Below the pieces are notes generated by a model. The model was given only the letters and a program-made list of their open reading frames with translations, was not told the DNA's origin and made no database searches. The position numbers were made by a program, and so were the translations under genes. A stretch of DNA of 57,625 bases, the filler included, from Sphacelaria rigidula (lineage: Eukaryota): NCBI GenBank assembly GCA_964200075.2. It is 4 parts of 4 records of this genome, joined end to end, with 100 filler letters (N's around TTAATTAATTAA, not from the genome) between each part and the next. Parts side by side here need not be neighbours in the genome. Positions count along the whole stretch, not along the records: positions 28,870 to 43,198 come from CAXNAA020002310.1; positions 43,299 to 57,625 come from CAXNAA020002311.1; 2 more parts are not named here. One strand, written 5' to 3'. Positions 35,774-47,696 of the stretch are shown here, piece by piece (the stretch's first letter is position 1; every line of letters starts with the position of its first letter).

Positions 35774-36783
35774 ATTAGGATTGGACAGATGAAGCCGTGC
35801 CTCTACCCAGCACAGAGGAGGTCAGTGGTGTACACTTAGATGTGCGAGAAACTGACAGTGACGAGGGTTGCCAAATTCGCATCGCCGATACTTGTACTCC
35901 TCGAAATGCCGAGGAGGGTCCTTGCAGACTCCATGTCTCCCTACATATGCAAGGGATTCATTTGAGCTAGGCTTCGGCATTGAACCAGGAACACACTGCA
36001 AGTAAGCCACAACAAGAGGACCAAACATATTTCCTCCATCCCGTTTTTGCTACTCTGTTTCGCTTACTCCACCATTTCTCGGTTCGCGCGACGGGATCGC
36101 TCCTCCGGGGAAAGAACAGCCGCAAACGGTGGCATGCAAAAACAAACCAACGAATGGAGCCGAACAACACTGATGACAACGTTTGCTGCAGTAACCCATG
36201 CTATGTCCCACCATAGAATTAAACATGGGGAAATATTTGTTGTCCTGCGTGCAAATGGTAGCTTAATGCATGCGGTCATATATCAGATTTCAAGTCGTCA
36301 GCATCATCATTCCGTGCCTCACACACTAGGGACGAGTATTCTCGGCTACCAGGCAGTACATTTTCCAAACGAGGCCAGCGTATTCGGAGCTCACTGCTAA
36401 CTGAAACCCGACCAAGCGAACACAAGCCACATGCGTTTGACAGAAACATGAAACGCTAAGTTAACGGCAAAAATCCCCGCAACAACGCATAACGATCGAC
36501 ACGTCAGGGCGTTTACAGCAATACATTGACGCTTGGACTAGTCGGCGTGTGGTTTTCGACCCTCAATCAACCCGGAGGTGAAAAACGGAGTCCGTTATCG
36601 CTCGGTGCACGGTGTCGTGGTGTTTGCGTGCTTGAATGATGACGTACGTCTCGATATCCTTTCGAATCCCTCACAAGTTCCCATCAACAATTTTCATGAA
36701 GGCGATTCGGAAGTACTACGTGGCTTCGTCATATCTACACATTGCTCTCACTTACATGTGCTTAGGGATGCTTAGTGTCTCAC

Positions 36784-36864
36784 CTCCAAAATTCCCGGCA
36801 GTGTTGATGGCAAAAGTCGTATAACCATCGATGTTGACGTCGCCGAAAAATACGGAGATGGCAC
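36784..36864 (-). CDS. Pmp/adhesin-like beta-helix repeat exon (81 nt, phase 1-1)
   Basis: ccgtAG|GT GCC ATC TCC...TTT GGA G|GTgaga, encoding (G)AISVFFGDVNIDGYTTFAINTAGNFG(G). Confidence 0.78.
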
Positions 36865-39029
36865 CTACGGCGTGAAAACGGACGCACCAAGCTTTCAACA
36901 ATGTTGCGCCAAAAAAACAAAAATGTTTCGGAACAGAATTTGACCGCTTTCCCCCCCTTGTGCGCACTGCTGCAACGCGCAGCACCAGAGATAGTGATGT
37001 GGCACTGTTGACTATGGTTCTCATAACATATGGCCGAAGTTACAGCACATTTTACCGTCTACAGCGCGCGTAAGGCCGTGCATCATGAACTGTGCACCTC
37101 TGCAGACAATATGCCCATTGGTACACTACCGATAGTCATGATTGAGAAAAGTGACGTATCTGCAATACGAAACTATTGGAATAAGGCTCGTGAGGTGGGG
37201 TATTCCTTCATGACATTTCTTGACTCTATGCGTTCATCTGCACAGCCATGCGTACTTAATCATGGATGGCAGCAGAAGATCGAAAGTCAAGCAAGTGGGT
37301 GTATGGACGTTTTCGCACCAGAGATACGGGGGGTAGAGATTGAGGTATATGCAACAGGATGGGTTGGAGGCAATGGCATCCCCCTGTTTACCGACGACAC
37401 TCTAAAGTATATTTTTCTCTACTCCATACATACTGGGGGCATAGTATATTTTGCGGCGTAGTGCAGTGTGATACAGCCGAGCAGGAATCTGGGGATCTGC
37501 TGGCTAGAGTAAGAAGGGTCCGCTCGCTCTCTTGGCGTGAAACACGTACCAAAATGTGCGGAGCTCTGCTGTCCCCTTCTTTCCTTGTCGCGAGAATGTA
37601 ACGTCGGGCCGTCCTCAATACGACATACTCTTTTCGCAGGGCCAGCGGTAACAACCTGCGGAGGCCGTAGGATTTCTTGTGTTTTCGAAAGATCAGAAAC
37701 TGACGCACTTTTGATGAAGGAGGGTCTGCGGCTACAGTCGCCGAGAGAGGATGAGCTCCCAGTCGAACACACACGTTGTGGGGTGTGCATATTCACAGAT
37801 GTCACCAACACGCCCAGCACGGTAGAAACCCCGCGGCGTATGAGTTGGTTCACGCTCATTACCTAAATAACTCTGATCGGCAAAACTTCACGCCATTTCC
37901 AGAAGTCAGACCCTGAACGTTTGCACAAATGTACTATGGGCCGTTGCACAACTTTCTCATGTCGAAGTTTTCTTGACGTTTTGTATTTTAAAACCTCGTT
38001 CATCCAAAGTTGCGCCATGACCTATAACACATTTGTGTAAAATTTCAGCATCTAACTCCGAAATGCGGCGTGAAGGTTTCCGAGTTTGTGCGACGAACGC
38101 CGCCGTGCCACAGTGAAACCGCGAACCACTCGATCTTAGGACGAAAATGGCGTTTTCGGGCCTTCTTTGACGTGGTCCTGAAACTTCAAGCACCAGGGAA
38201 TCGAGTGTCACCACGCAAGTTTGTGGGGCCCAACATTGAAAATCCTTCAGAGGATCATGAATACCCAAGATGCTCTAGGGGGATTTCAAAACGGACGGAA
38301 CCGAGGATGGCGTTTGTATATTCCTCTACAAGATAGCCGAATGGCCGCGTGTATGCCACTGAGGCCCTCGATACCCCTCAGTAGGATATCAACGTGTAGC
38401 TGTAAGCATATGGCAGTGATGAGACGACGAAAATCACACACGAAATGAAAAATTGGCCAAGTTAAAGCGAATGATCAAAGCCACTCTCAATCCGCACCCA
38501 ACTCTCAATCTCACGAAAACCTTGTTGAATGGGGTTCACCAATGTAACCACACAGCATCAAGTTATAGGCTGTCAGCACCAACCGTACCCAATACATTTT
38601 GGACGAGTGCTGTCTGGTCCGGCACAAAACCTCTTCCAAACGAGTAATTGCAATCCGATCTTACAGGATACTGATACAGTACCCAACCGAGCAAACATGA
38701 ACCACATATAGTCCTGGATCGAAACAATCACGGTACTTTCATCAAAATCCCAACAACACACGAAGATCGATCTAGGTGTTTCCAGCCATAGATCGACTCT
38801 TTGAGTAGTCGATCTGGCGGTGCAACATCGAGTACGTTGCCATTCAGCGTGTCGTGTCGTGCCATTCGGGTGCTTGAATGAGGTGTTTCTCCACATCTTC
38901 CCGCACATATGTTTCACAATTTCCCGTCAACTACTTTCTCGATAAGGGTTCGGCAGCACTGTCGCTTTACCTTTTATTACCACCACCTTGCCACCTATTG
39001 GATGTCCCTCGGGCCGCATCGTGTCTCAC

Positions 39030-39110
39030 CTCCCGTTTGTCCTGCACTGTTGCTGACGAAAGTTGAATTGCCGTGAGTGGTGACGTCGTCGTGAAGGACA
39101 CAGATAGCAC
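39030..39110 (-). CDS. Pmp/adhesin-like beta-helix repeat exon (81 nt, phase 1-1)
   Basis: ccgcAG|GT GCT ATC TGT...ACG GGA G|GTgaga, encoding (G)AICVLHDDVTTHGNSTFVSNSAGQTG(G). Not in the ORF track. Confidence 0.75.
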
Positions 39111-40513
39111 CTGCGGCGAGAGCAACAAGGACGCATCAAGCCTTCAGATGCGCTTGGGTGACGGGTTGCCACATTTGCGCTGATTTCTTCACGCAGAACA
39201 CTTCGAACGTGCCGCCTCGGGAGTGACTTACGCCACGGTTACCATACTTTCCTCCCTCGATGCTCTATTCTGTACACGGGTGCTCTCCTGGAGGTAGACG
39301 GCAGCATCACATCCGTACCAAACAAATACGGCCGCAAATGTTCCCGTACTGGATATATCTTGGGGTGATCAAGGCTTCGCATGGACACAGGATTCTGAGA
39401 AGAACTAAAATCGAACATAAAAATGAGGTTCAACTCCAAAAGTTGAACTCCAAAATAGCTGCTCTCCCTGACTTGACATCATTGCAGAAGACTCTCCTAT
39501 AAATCGTATTCCTGCCCGATCTCCCTCAAACTTCTTTGCGGGGTTTCCCGTCTTCCGTCGCCTCAGGGGCTGTGATGCGTGGGATAAACGCGTGCTTTCT
39601 GGACGGCATCGCTATTGAATACACCCCCAGCATCAACGTTTTCCAAGCCCAGTCGGGCCAGCCTCCGCGGGGACCGCACCCCCGACCCTAATCCCAACAC
39701 TAACCCCAACATTAGCACGAACCATAGGGGTGTTCAAACTCCGATGCGATCCGAAAAGCACGCGGTCCTCCCACACATTTCAGAGGGAGTGTGCGAACGC
39801 ACGCTATGAAGCACCCTTTCATTCACCCCCAGAAACGAGGCAAAGTACTGCTTCCACGAATACCTTTCTAGGAATCGAAAGCAGGAACCCTCCAAAACCA
39901 GTTTCAGGGAGATCTGGGAGGGGGGTGAGGTCGCCCATACGAATATCATTCGTTATGCCTTGGGGAACGTACAGGCCTCATTATCCTGTTACCACGAATG
40001 AGATTCACCAATGCAACCATGTTTCAAGTTACAGGTGATCAGCACCAATCGTACCTCAAACATTACTGGCGAGTAAGTGTTGCCTGTCACGGCACGAAAC
40101 CTCTTTCAAACGAGTAGTGCCATTCAGAGCTTGCAGGATACTGATACCCAAGCGAGCAAACATGAACCACAAATAGTCCTGGATCATCACAGTCATGGTA
40201 ACCATGTCATGATCGAAAAAGCACGCAAAGATCCATCGACCTAGATGTAGATCGACTCTTTGAGTAGTCGTCGAGGTGTTTCCAAGAGTGGCCCAACCTG
40301 CTCGTGCAGCATCGAGTACGCTGCCACTCAGCGCGTGGTGTCGTGCCGATCGGGTGCTTGAATGACTTGTTTCTACATAACTCCCCTCATCTATATTTGA
40401 CATATTCCCGTCACCCACTTTCTCGATAGCGGTTCGGCAGCACTGTCGCTTTACCTTCCATGGCCACCACCTTGCTACCTATTGGATGTGCTTGGGGCTG
40501 CATTGTGTCTCAC

Positions 40514-40594
40514 CTCCCGCTTGTTGTGCAGTGTTCCTGACAAAGGTGGTATACCCGTCAGTGATGACGTCGCCACCAGTCACATATATAGCAC
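40514..40594 (-). CDS. Pmp/adhesin-like beta-helix repeat exon (81 nt, phase 1-1)
   Basis: ccgcAG|GT GCT ATA TAT...GCG GGA G|GTgaga, encoding (G)AIYVTGGDVITDGYTTFVRNTAQQAG(G). Not in the ORF track. Confidence 0.78.
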
Positions 40595-41435
40595 CTGCGG
40601 CAAGATAGAAAAGGGCGCACCGAGCCGTCGAATACGCGTGAGTAACAGGTTGTCACACCTGCGCCGACTTCTTCACGCTGAACACTCAAAACGTCACGAA
40701 AGCAATGCTCACCTTTTGATGCTTTGTTCTCTATACCGGTATTGCCTTGATGGTCGACATCAGCTGCGCATCCGAATCGACTAGATACGCTTGCAAATGT
40801 TTCATGCCCTTGACAATACAATATGTTTTCAATATATATATATATATATCGGTCGATCATGTTGGAATTCCGCGATATATTGCCGGCGAAATATATATAT
40901 ATTGGTACCCCTGGACTGCACACGTATTGCGCGCCAAAGAAATCTCGGCAGAAGTGGTGGAAAATGTGAAATGATATATGTACATATATATTGCCCGCTC
41001 AACATGTCGGCGCATCGGGTGGTCAATATATATTGGGTGAGCAATACGATGGCTCGAGACAGGATCAATCTATATTGTGCCATCAATAAGTCAAGTCTAG
41101 AGACATGCAACGTATTTCGACCGAACAGTATATCACGACACGCGCCGCCTCAATATATATATATATATATTGGCCGAGTAATATGTTGGTGCGGTAAGGC
41201 ACCGATTTATATATATATATATATATATTATATTCGTCGAGTAATATATTGGCTGCCACACGAGGTCATTATATATTGGTGATTCGATACACTCAATAAC
41301 CAAAGCGCCAATATATATATATAACCGCCACAATATGTCGTGCGTCAATGCGTCCAATATATATATTGGGCGGACAATACACGAGGGAACGGACGGTCAC
41401 ACTACGTATTGGCGTAGTAATATATATATATATAT

Positions 41436-42930
41436 ACAAGGTTCCCCTCCGGGACGCTGATACGGGCCTTCCGGGGGTGACGCAAGTCGAAAAAATATAT
41501 TTTGTCAAGTTTCCCACAATCAGATTTGATTGATTGGTTGATTGATTAATTGTCACACTTTAAGTGACCCTCCAGAGGTCCAGCCGTGGTCTCATGATGA
41601 ACATACCCAACAAAAACGAAACCGCGCGAAAAAGGGCTAGTTTGAGCGACTTTCGGTGGCCAGAACACGCGCCACAGGTATCAGATGGCGCCCGAACTCG
41701 AACGGTAGTGTACCGCTGAGCCTTCTCGGTGCGCTGCAATAGGACGTGTGGGAAAAGATGCCTTGCCGCCAGAGGAAACTCGGCAAAAGCGGTGAAAATG
41801 TGAAATGATACATGTACATAATATACATCGCACGTGAAAGCACTGACGGCGCTTGCACGACCGTGCCTCCTGAAGTGAGTACCTCTACAGGCGATACCAA
41901 GATGGGTACCGCGAAAGATGGCATCATCCAGGGTGTACCCGATACGGATCGATGCTTGTTTGCCGGGGCGGGAGCCACACAGCAGGTCATGATGTGGAAG
42001 TGAGCGCATCTGCGTGTCTATATATGCATCCACTGACGTTTCACACAGTGTGGGCCGAGAGGACTCCGTTTTGAGGGCGTATCGATGGTATTGCCCATAA
42101 TCCGTATTCACTTCGTGGGTCCGGCGCACCACGTAAAGCGTGCCGCCGATCCGGGAATATGCTGTCTGTATTGTGGTCTACCTCTGTGCCAATTTTCAGA
42201 CTGGTTTGTTCAGACACGGCGGAGAAACCCACAAGCAAAGTAACGCTTGACTTGTACTGAAAATACAGTACTAAGCGGTCGAAAGATACATGAGGTGCGT
42301 ACTCGTATGATTCTCCCTATCATCCCTGTCACAAGGACAAACCTGTCAACTCTGTCACAAGGATATCCCTGCGCCAGTACTTCAAAGATGCATCCTACGG
42401 GTTGCATGATCACAGGGATTTCGGCACCCCGCTTTGCTGTTCTACACAGTCGACCCACAGTGGGGACGTTTGCCCACTTGTGTGCCTTGCTCAACTCGTC
42501 AAAGGCTCTGGTGTTTGCTGCTGACTAAGGTCAAGGCAATGCCCAATTGTTTTCAACTGCATCGCTCTCATGTTCTCGTGAGATTGGCGGCATAAGCGGT
42601 GAACTAGTGCTCCCAAATGAACGAGAACCCGACGAAGAGAAACACGGGGGGAAAATACCCCGCCAACCAACATCCTGCTGCTTGAAGTGTTTCATGAACT
42701 TGGGAAGGCTTTTGTGGCCCAGGATCGACACCCCGCGAAAAAGAGCCAGTGCGGGCGACTATTGACGGCCAGAACACGCGCCACAGTTATCAGATGACAC
42801 CCAAACCTGAAAGGCTATGTACCGCTGCGCCTCCTTCGTGCGCTGGAAAAGAAAGCGCGTGATGAGATGCCTTGCCGTCAGACAAAACTCGGCAGGAGTG
42901 GTGAAAAAAGCGAAATGACACATGTACATA
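41436..42930. mobile_element. Two tandem, partly deleted copies of the interspersed element seen at 22741-23757
   Basis: Shared left end tacaaggttcccct at 41436; the right-end motif gtgaaa..gtgaaatga(t/c)acatgtacata occurs at ~41790-41820 and ~42900-42930; flanked by (TA)n. Confidence 0.7.
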
Positions 42931-43198
42931 TATATGTATATATATATATTGATTTTCAACATGTAGATTGGAAAGTGTATCGAAATTAGTATGGCGGGCA
43001 GTTCTATGTTCGCGGGCGCCATTGAAAGATGTACCACCACATGCCGAAAACGCTCAATATGTTCCTCCGCGACCGTGTTCAAAATAGAGTGGCTGCACCA
43101 AGGGCGTCCGGAAAAAAAAATCCTGGACCCTATGTACCCCCCCCCCCCCTACCCCCGGTGCTCCGTCTCGAAAGGGATGCGTGGTCAATGGTCAAATG

Positions 43199-43298
43199 NN
43201 NNNNNNNNNNNNNNNNNNNNNNNNNNNNNNNNNNNNNNNNNNTTAATTAATTAANNNNNNNNNNNNNNNNNNNNNNNNNNNNNNNNNNNNNNNNNNNN
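43199..43298. other. Artificial scaffold spacer N44-TTAATTAATTAA-N44
   Basis: Same 100-bp structure as the other two spacers. Confidence 0.98.
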
Positions 43299-44000
43299 GT
43301 GGCCACCAATGTTTATTGCCAATCACACCAGGATCTACCACGCAGCCACCAATACATATTGTTGGTCACAAAAGGATACCAAATGCGCCCACCAATGTCT
43401 ACCGCTGGTGACAATGCAATTTGAATCGCGGCCACCAACATCTATTGCTGACCACAAAGGTAGCTGAATGGCGTCGATCACTAGCGCTATGTATGCACAT
43501 TTTTTAATTCATGTTTCCGCCTTACTCCACAGAAGCTATGACTAGCTATCGCCTCGGGTCGTTGCGTGTTCATGTGTAAGGGGTATTACCGTTGGTATCA
43601 TGAGCCCACTGCAGTGAGCAATTTATTTTTCAAAACCTATCGTTGGCGTCACTTGCTGTCAATGAGGTGCTCCCGAGACCAATCAATTGTTGACAGCAAT
43701 GCCCATATTGGTTGACACAAAAAAATGCATGGTTGGTGGCAGACGTCTCACCAAAACTATTGATGGCGGTAATAGGTATTGATGGATAACTCACTTAATC
43801 TATTGATGACGGCAATGACTATCGATGGATAGCTCACCAAACCCATCGATAACGGCAGTGACTATCGATGGATGGCTCACCAAACCTATTGATCACGGCA
43901 ATGGCTATCGATGTATACAACCCAGAATCTATTGCGGTACACGATATCCATCGATGGCGAGTGGTCTCTATCTATTGTAATTGTCAAAGGCTATCGATCG
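43299..44000. repeat. Degenerate ~42-43-bp tandem repeat blocks
   Basis: ccaccaat..tattg units at 43302-43460 and ctcaccaaacctattgat.acggcaatg.ctatcgatgga units at 43748-43915. Confidence 0.7.
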
Positions 44001-45454
44001 ACTATTGCAACATCTTTTGTCCCTCGCAATACATGTCAATAGATGTGTTTCACCATCTATCGTGTTCGATAATATATATCGATAAAAAAAATCCTGTGTC
44101 TATTGCTGAAGCAATGAACTATTTTTGTGCTTGTTGTCCAGAGTGTGGAAATTTCAGCAAAAACAAGATGATGTCATAAGTCAAGGAAAAAAACGAGAAT
44201 CTGAAGCTGCTTCAGTGATGTATCATTTCCTTGGGTGCAAAAGGTCTTCGCGAAATTTCATCTCAACAGTCGTCGAATTGGGTCGTGCGTGCAACGTTTT
44301 GCGTGACGCTGCTGCACCCCTGTAATTCAAGTGATATGAGACTCCAATTATGGAGGTCATGAGTTCGAATCCCGACATATTCTCTTTTTTTTTCATGCGT
44401 CGTTAAGGTCATATATTATGCAGTACATTTTTCTTCATTATTTTCTTTCACTCAGCGGCGGTGCCGTGTGTTACCAGGTTGGTCTGCACTTCACAGTGAT
44501 ATGCTTACATCGGGTTCATTCGGGAAACTGGGAAAGCTGTAGTGTGGACAAAGTTTGTCCGCTTTTAAGCTGGCCCGGCTCGTACCAGTTCAACTCTGCG
44601 TGCAAATCGCAACGGGAACACGACCCGCTGCCTCGCCTATGCAGAGCTGGGCAGAGAAATAGGTTGTATACCACACGGACGAGCACCTAGGGTGGATTTA
44701 CTACCCGGAACTTATGGTTCGGATAATAAAAAAACAACGATGTAGCTTCCCGCCGTGGTTGTATATACAGTGGGCGGTCTAACTATTCATTTTATGGCAT
44801 TTTGTGAGTTTTTCGTCATTGGCGATTATCTTGGGCTCTTTTTGCTTGCCACCGCGTATCACATCGGGCATCTGAAGATATTTGTTTCCGCTCCACATTC
44901 CAAGAAAAAAACCCATCGTTCCTCGATATTGAGTCACGTACGGGCTGCCCGGCTATCGGGGATCCTGCCATGTTTCAGCCCAGATTCTTACTTTTCGGTA
45001 TTTTCGGTCGATTGAGCCTGTGCCGATCATATTTGTGAAGGAATGTACACTTTTTTTTTTTTTTTCAAGTCTACCTACTCATTGCACTAGAGCCGAAAAA
45101 CTGTGTTTTACGGTCAATAACACCCTCCTGAAAAACGGGGGTTTCACTCGAATCGCCCGATACCACCAACTAACACTGACTTAGGCACTGTGTTTCGAGA
45201 AAGATCTGTTAATTGTTCCAAAATCTACCGACTCTGGTAATTTTGAGTTCTATCGAAGAGTAGTAGACGAGGAAAACCCCTTGACACCCCTGAATAGTTA
45301 GACCGCCCACTACTGTACTTCAAATTTCACTGTCATCATCTAACTCGCCAAACTTGCTCAAATATAGACTGCGAGAGTCTTCTATTAGCCTCATCATCAG
45401 CGACAGGAACTTATCTTTTGCACCATATTTCGGTAGTAAAAAAAAAAAAAGCAC

Positions 45455-47413
45455 CTGCAGGTAACCCAGGGCGATCAGGTTATCGACGTCCGGATCTCCG
45501 ACAGCATGCGCAAGCTGTGCTCTGGCTGCTTCCAGAAGCACGGGACTAATATCACTGGCGGCCAGAACTTCTGATAGACCCTCAACGACCACCCCGCCAC
45601 CCCCCTTGTTTGCCCGCAACGTCAATCGCCTCCCCGTCTCGTCTTCTTCTCCTGTCCATGTCATCTTTCCGCTTTTGTTACTTTTCCGTTTTTTCTTCTT
45701 CTTTTTTTTCTTCTGCCCCCCCCCACCTCCCACCGCCGAATCCCCTTCTCCTCCTTCCCCCCCTGCGGCACCAGCTTCCTTTGAGCCACCGCTGCTGCCG
45801 ACAGTGTCCGAGCTACCGTGTTCTTCCACCTTGCCTTCTTCCGCGCTCCCTTCTTCATATTCTTCCCCGACACTCATGTCTGCAACAGGAGCATGTGAAG
45901 CAGGAGCGGTACCATCAGCAGCAACGGCGCCGTCAGTGGCAGGGGCACCATCAGCTCCAGCAGCAGAAGAAGCGGGAGCGGGAGAAGGGACAGGTAGGTC
46001 TTCCTCATAGCTTTCTGAAGCCGCCGGGACAACCACTCCAAGCTCCTCTTGCTTCTGCTCTTGATTTGGCCGGGTATGCGAGGATGAGAGGATGTCGCCT
46101 TCGGCAAGATATCGTTGTTGAGGTTGTTGACCTTGGTCTGCCATCACGTCGTGAGTTAAGGTGGCCAAGAGATCGATTTCATCCGCCGTGCCCACATTTG
46201 TGGCGGCTGTGTCTACTACTGTGAACCCGCGGAAGCCACCACCAGTGCTCTTGTTACTGCTGCTACTGCTTGATCCATCGCTTGCATCGGACGGGACTAC
46301 TACTGCTGTTGATGATGTGCAAGTGCTCTTGGCGGGGTCGATCGTCGATGGCACGACATCCGTGCCAACGGGTGTTGTCACTGGTGGTATCTGTTTCAGA
46401 GCCTCCACAAGCTGCATAAACAGCAAAACATCGCCTCCAGCCTTGCCAGCGCGTATGCCTGCCTCAAACGCCTCCCTTGCTCGTGAATCCTTGCCTAGAC
46501 GCTGGTAGGCTTTGCCTATGGTACAGGGAGAAAGATGACTGGTTATAATCCGCCAGCGCGGTTAGAGAGTCTGCCGCCGGGACGACTCAACGGCTGGACT
46601 GATGTATGTTACGCAAGCACGTGCATCTTTTCATGAATCATTGACATACTGTGCTATAATGTTAGATATCATCCGGGGAACTACAGCTTCGGTACGCAAC
46701 GTCTCTCACAAACATGATGTATGTCCATGCTGTCACCAATTGCGGACAAATCTGGGCACCAAGGAATGTTGTTGACAAAGGTGAGACTATACTTACACCC
46801 GAGGTTGGAGAGGATGTGCATGCTCAAAAACGTTATTTTTTTTTGCTGGGCACTAGCGGGGTATAATCGTTAGCAGCAGTAGCAGCAGCAGCAGTAGCAG
46901 TAGCAGTAGCAGTAGCGAGCAGAACTTAAACGAAACTCCAAATCAGAGGCCCACTAGACAGGCGGGTATAGTTTCAACAGTACCCCAGTATTCAGTCAGT
47001 AGGGAGTACAACGCGGCAGGTAGATCTGCTCGGCGGGGGCATTAGCTATAGTGGGATCACTTCTACATACAAGCTTCAAATGGGTGGTAACCTTTGATAA
47101 AGTGTCCTCGGAGGCAGAAAGGGTCCATCTTGATAGCCTCATCGCAATCTCTCAGGCAGGATCTGCACATCTCCAACTCCAACTTGGCCGCCGCGCGGTT
47201 GCAAGCCGCGTATACTGCCAAGCTGCTACTGCTCCTCGGGAGTGGAAGAATCCCTGTACACGATTGGTTCGACAGCTCTTGCCGACACTCTACTGCAGCA
47301 GTATCGAACTCGCTCAAGGCCTCCGAAAATCTCCCAGCCATAAAAAGCTCTGCACCCGATAACGGCGTGGCCGATTCTTCATCAAGAAGAGCACACCCAT
47401 ACATGTTCTCCAT
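45455..47413 (-). CDS. TPR protein, SRFR1/TTC13-like, first two exons (3' part not found in this scaffold)
   Basis: Exon 1 47413-47092 (...ACNRAAAKLELEMCRSCLRDCDEAIKMDPFCLRGHFIK G|gttacc) joins in phase 1 to exon 2 46515-45455 (catAG|GKAYQRLGKDSRAREAFEAGIRAGKAGGDVLLFMQLVEAL...long acidic low-complexity linker, poly-K tract...DPDVDNLIALGYLQ|gtgctt). N-terminal TPRs, a disordered linker and a second TPR block starting D..ia.Gy.qV match my recollection of plant SRFR1 and animal TTC13. Confidence 0.7.
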
Positions 47414-47696
47414 GTCCGAATTTACGCTGGCTATACGGCCCTACCCGCACTATCACACCACTCATGTCCACATTAGCCCAGGATCAGATCCGTAATGGAC
47501 AGAGTAGAATGACATATACACCCAAGTGAAACCAAGCCTATCGTAACGGTTACGCCCAACGACCCAAGTCAGCAGTGCAATACAACACCGCCCCAGCGGC
47601 TGGGGCGTAACACCACAGAGAGACAAATTACTCCGATATTCTCTCAATTGTTCGACAATATTGCTCTTGGGGGAGGGAAATCCCTGTGGCAACGTC
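47414..47696. promoter_or_regulatory. Probable bidirectional promoter and 5' UTR region (283 bp between divergent ATGs)
   Basis: Predicted starts at 47413 (minus) and 47697 (plus); inferred from geometry only. Confidence 0.5.

Larger units (their letters stand above)
38525..40780. repeat. Tandem duplication of a ~0.8-kb exon+intron cassette (copies ~38525-39320 and ~39997-40780; period ~1.48 kb)
   Basis: Colinear shared blocks: ttcaccaatg(t/c)aacca, cgagcaaacatgaaccac, gatcgactctttgagtagtcg, ggttcggcagcactgtcgctttacctt, the repeat exon and ttcttcacgc(a/t)gaacact. Confidence 0.9.

Noticed and set aside
45606-46508. Plus-strand ORFs overlapping the TPR gene, and minus-strand ORFs over 47462-49234, 51665-53280 and 54798-55553
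   Set aside because: Antisense shadows of GC-rich coding exons on the opposite strand.
14594-47413. Apparent defence or immunity cluster of PARP, Pmp-like and SRFR1-like genes
   Set aside because: The three genes are on separate concatenated scaffolds, so adjacency is an artefact.
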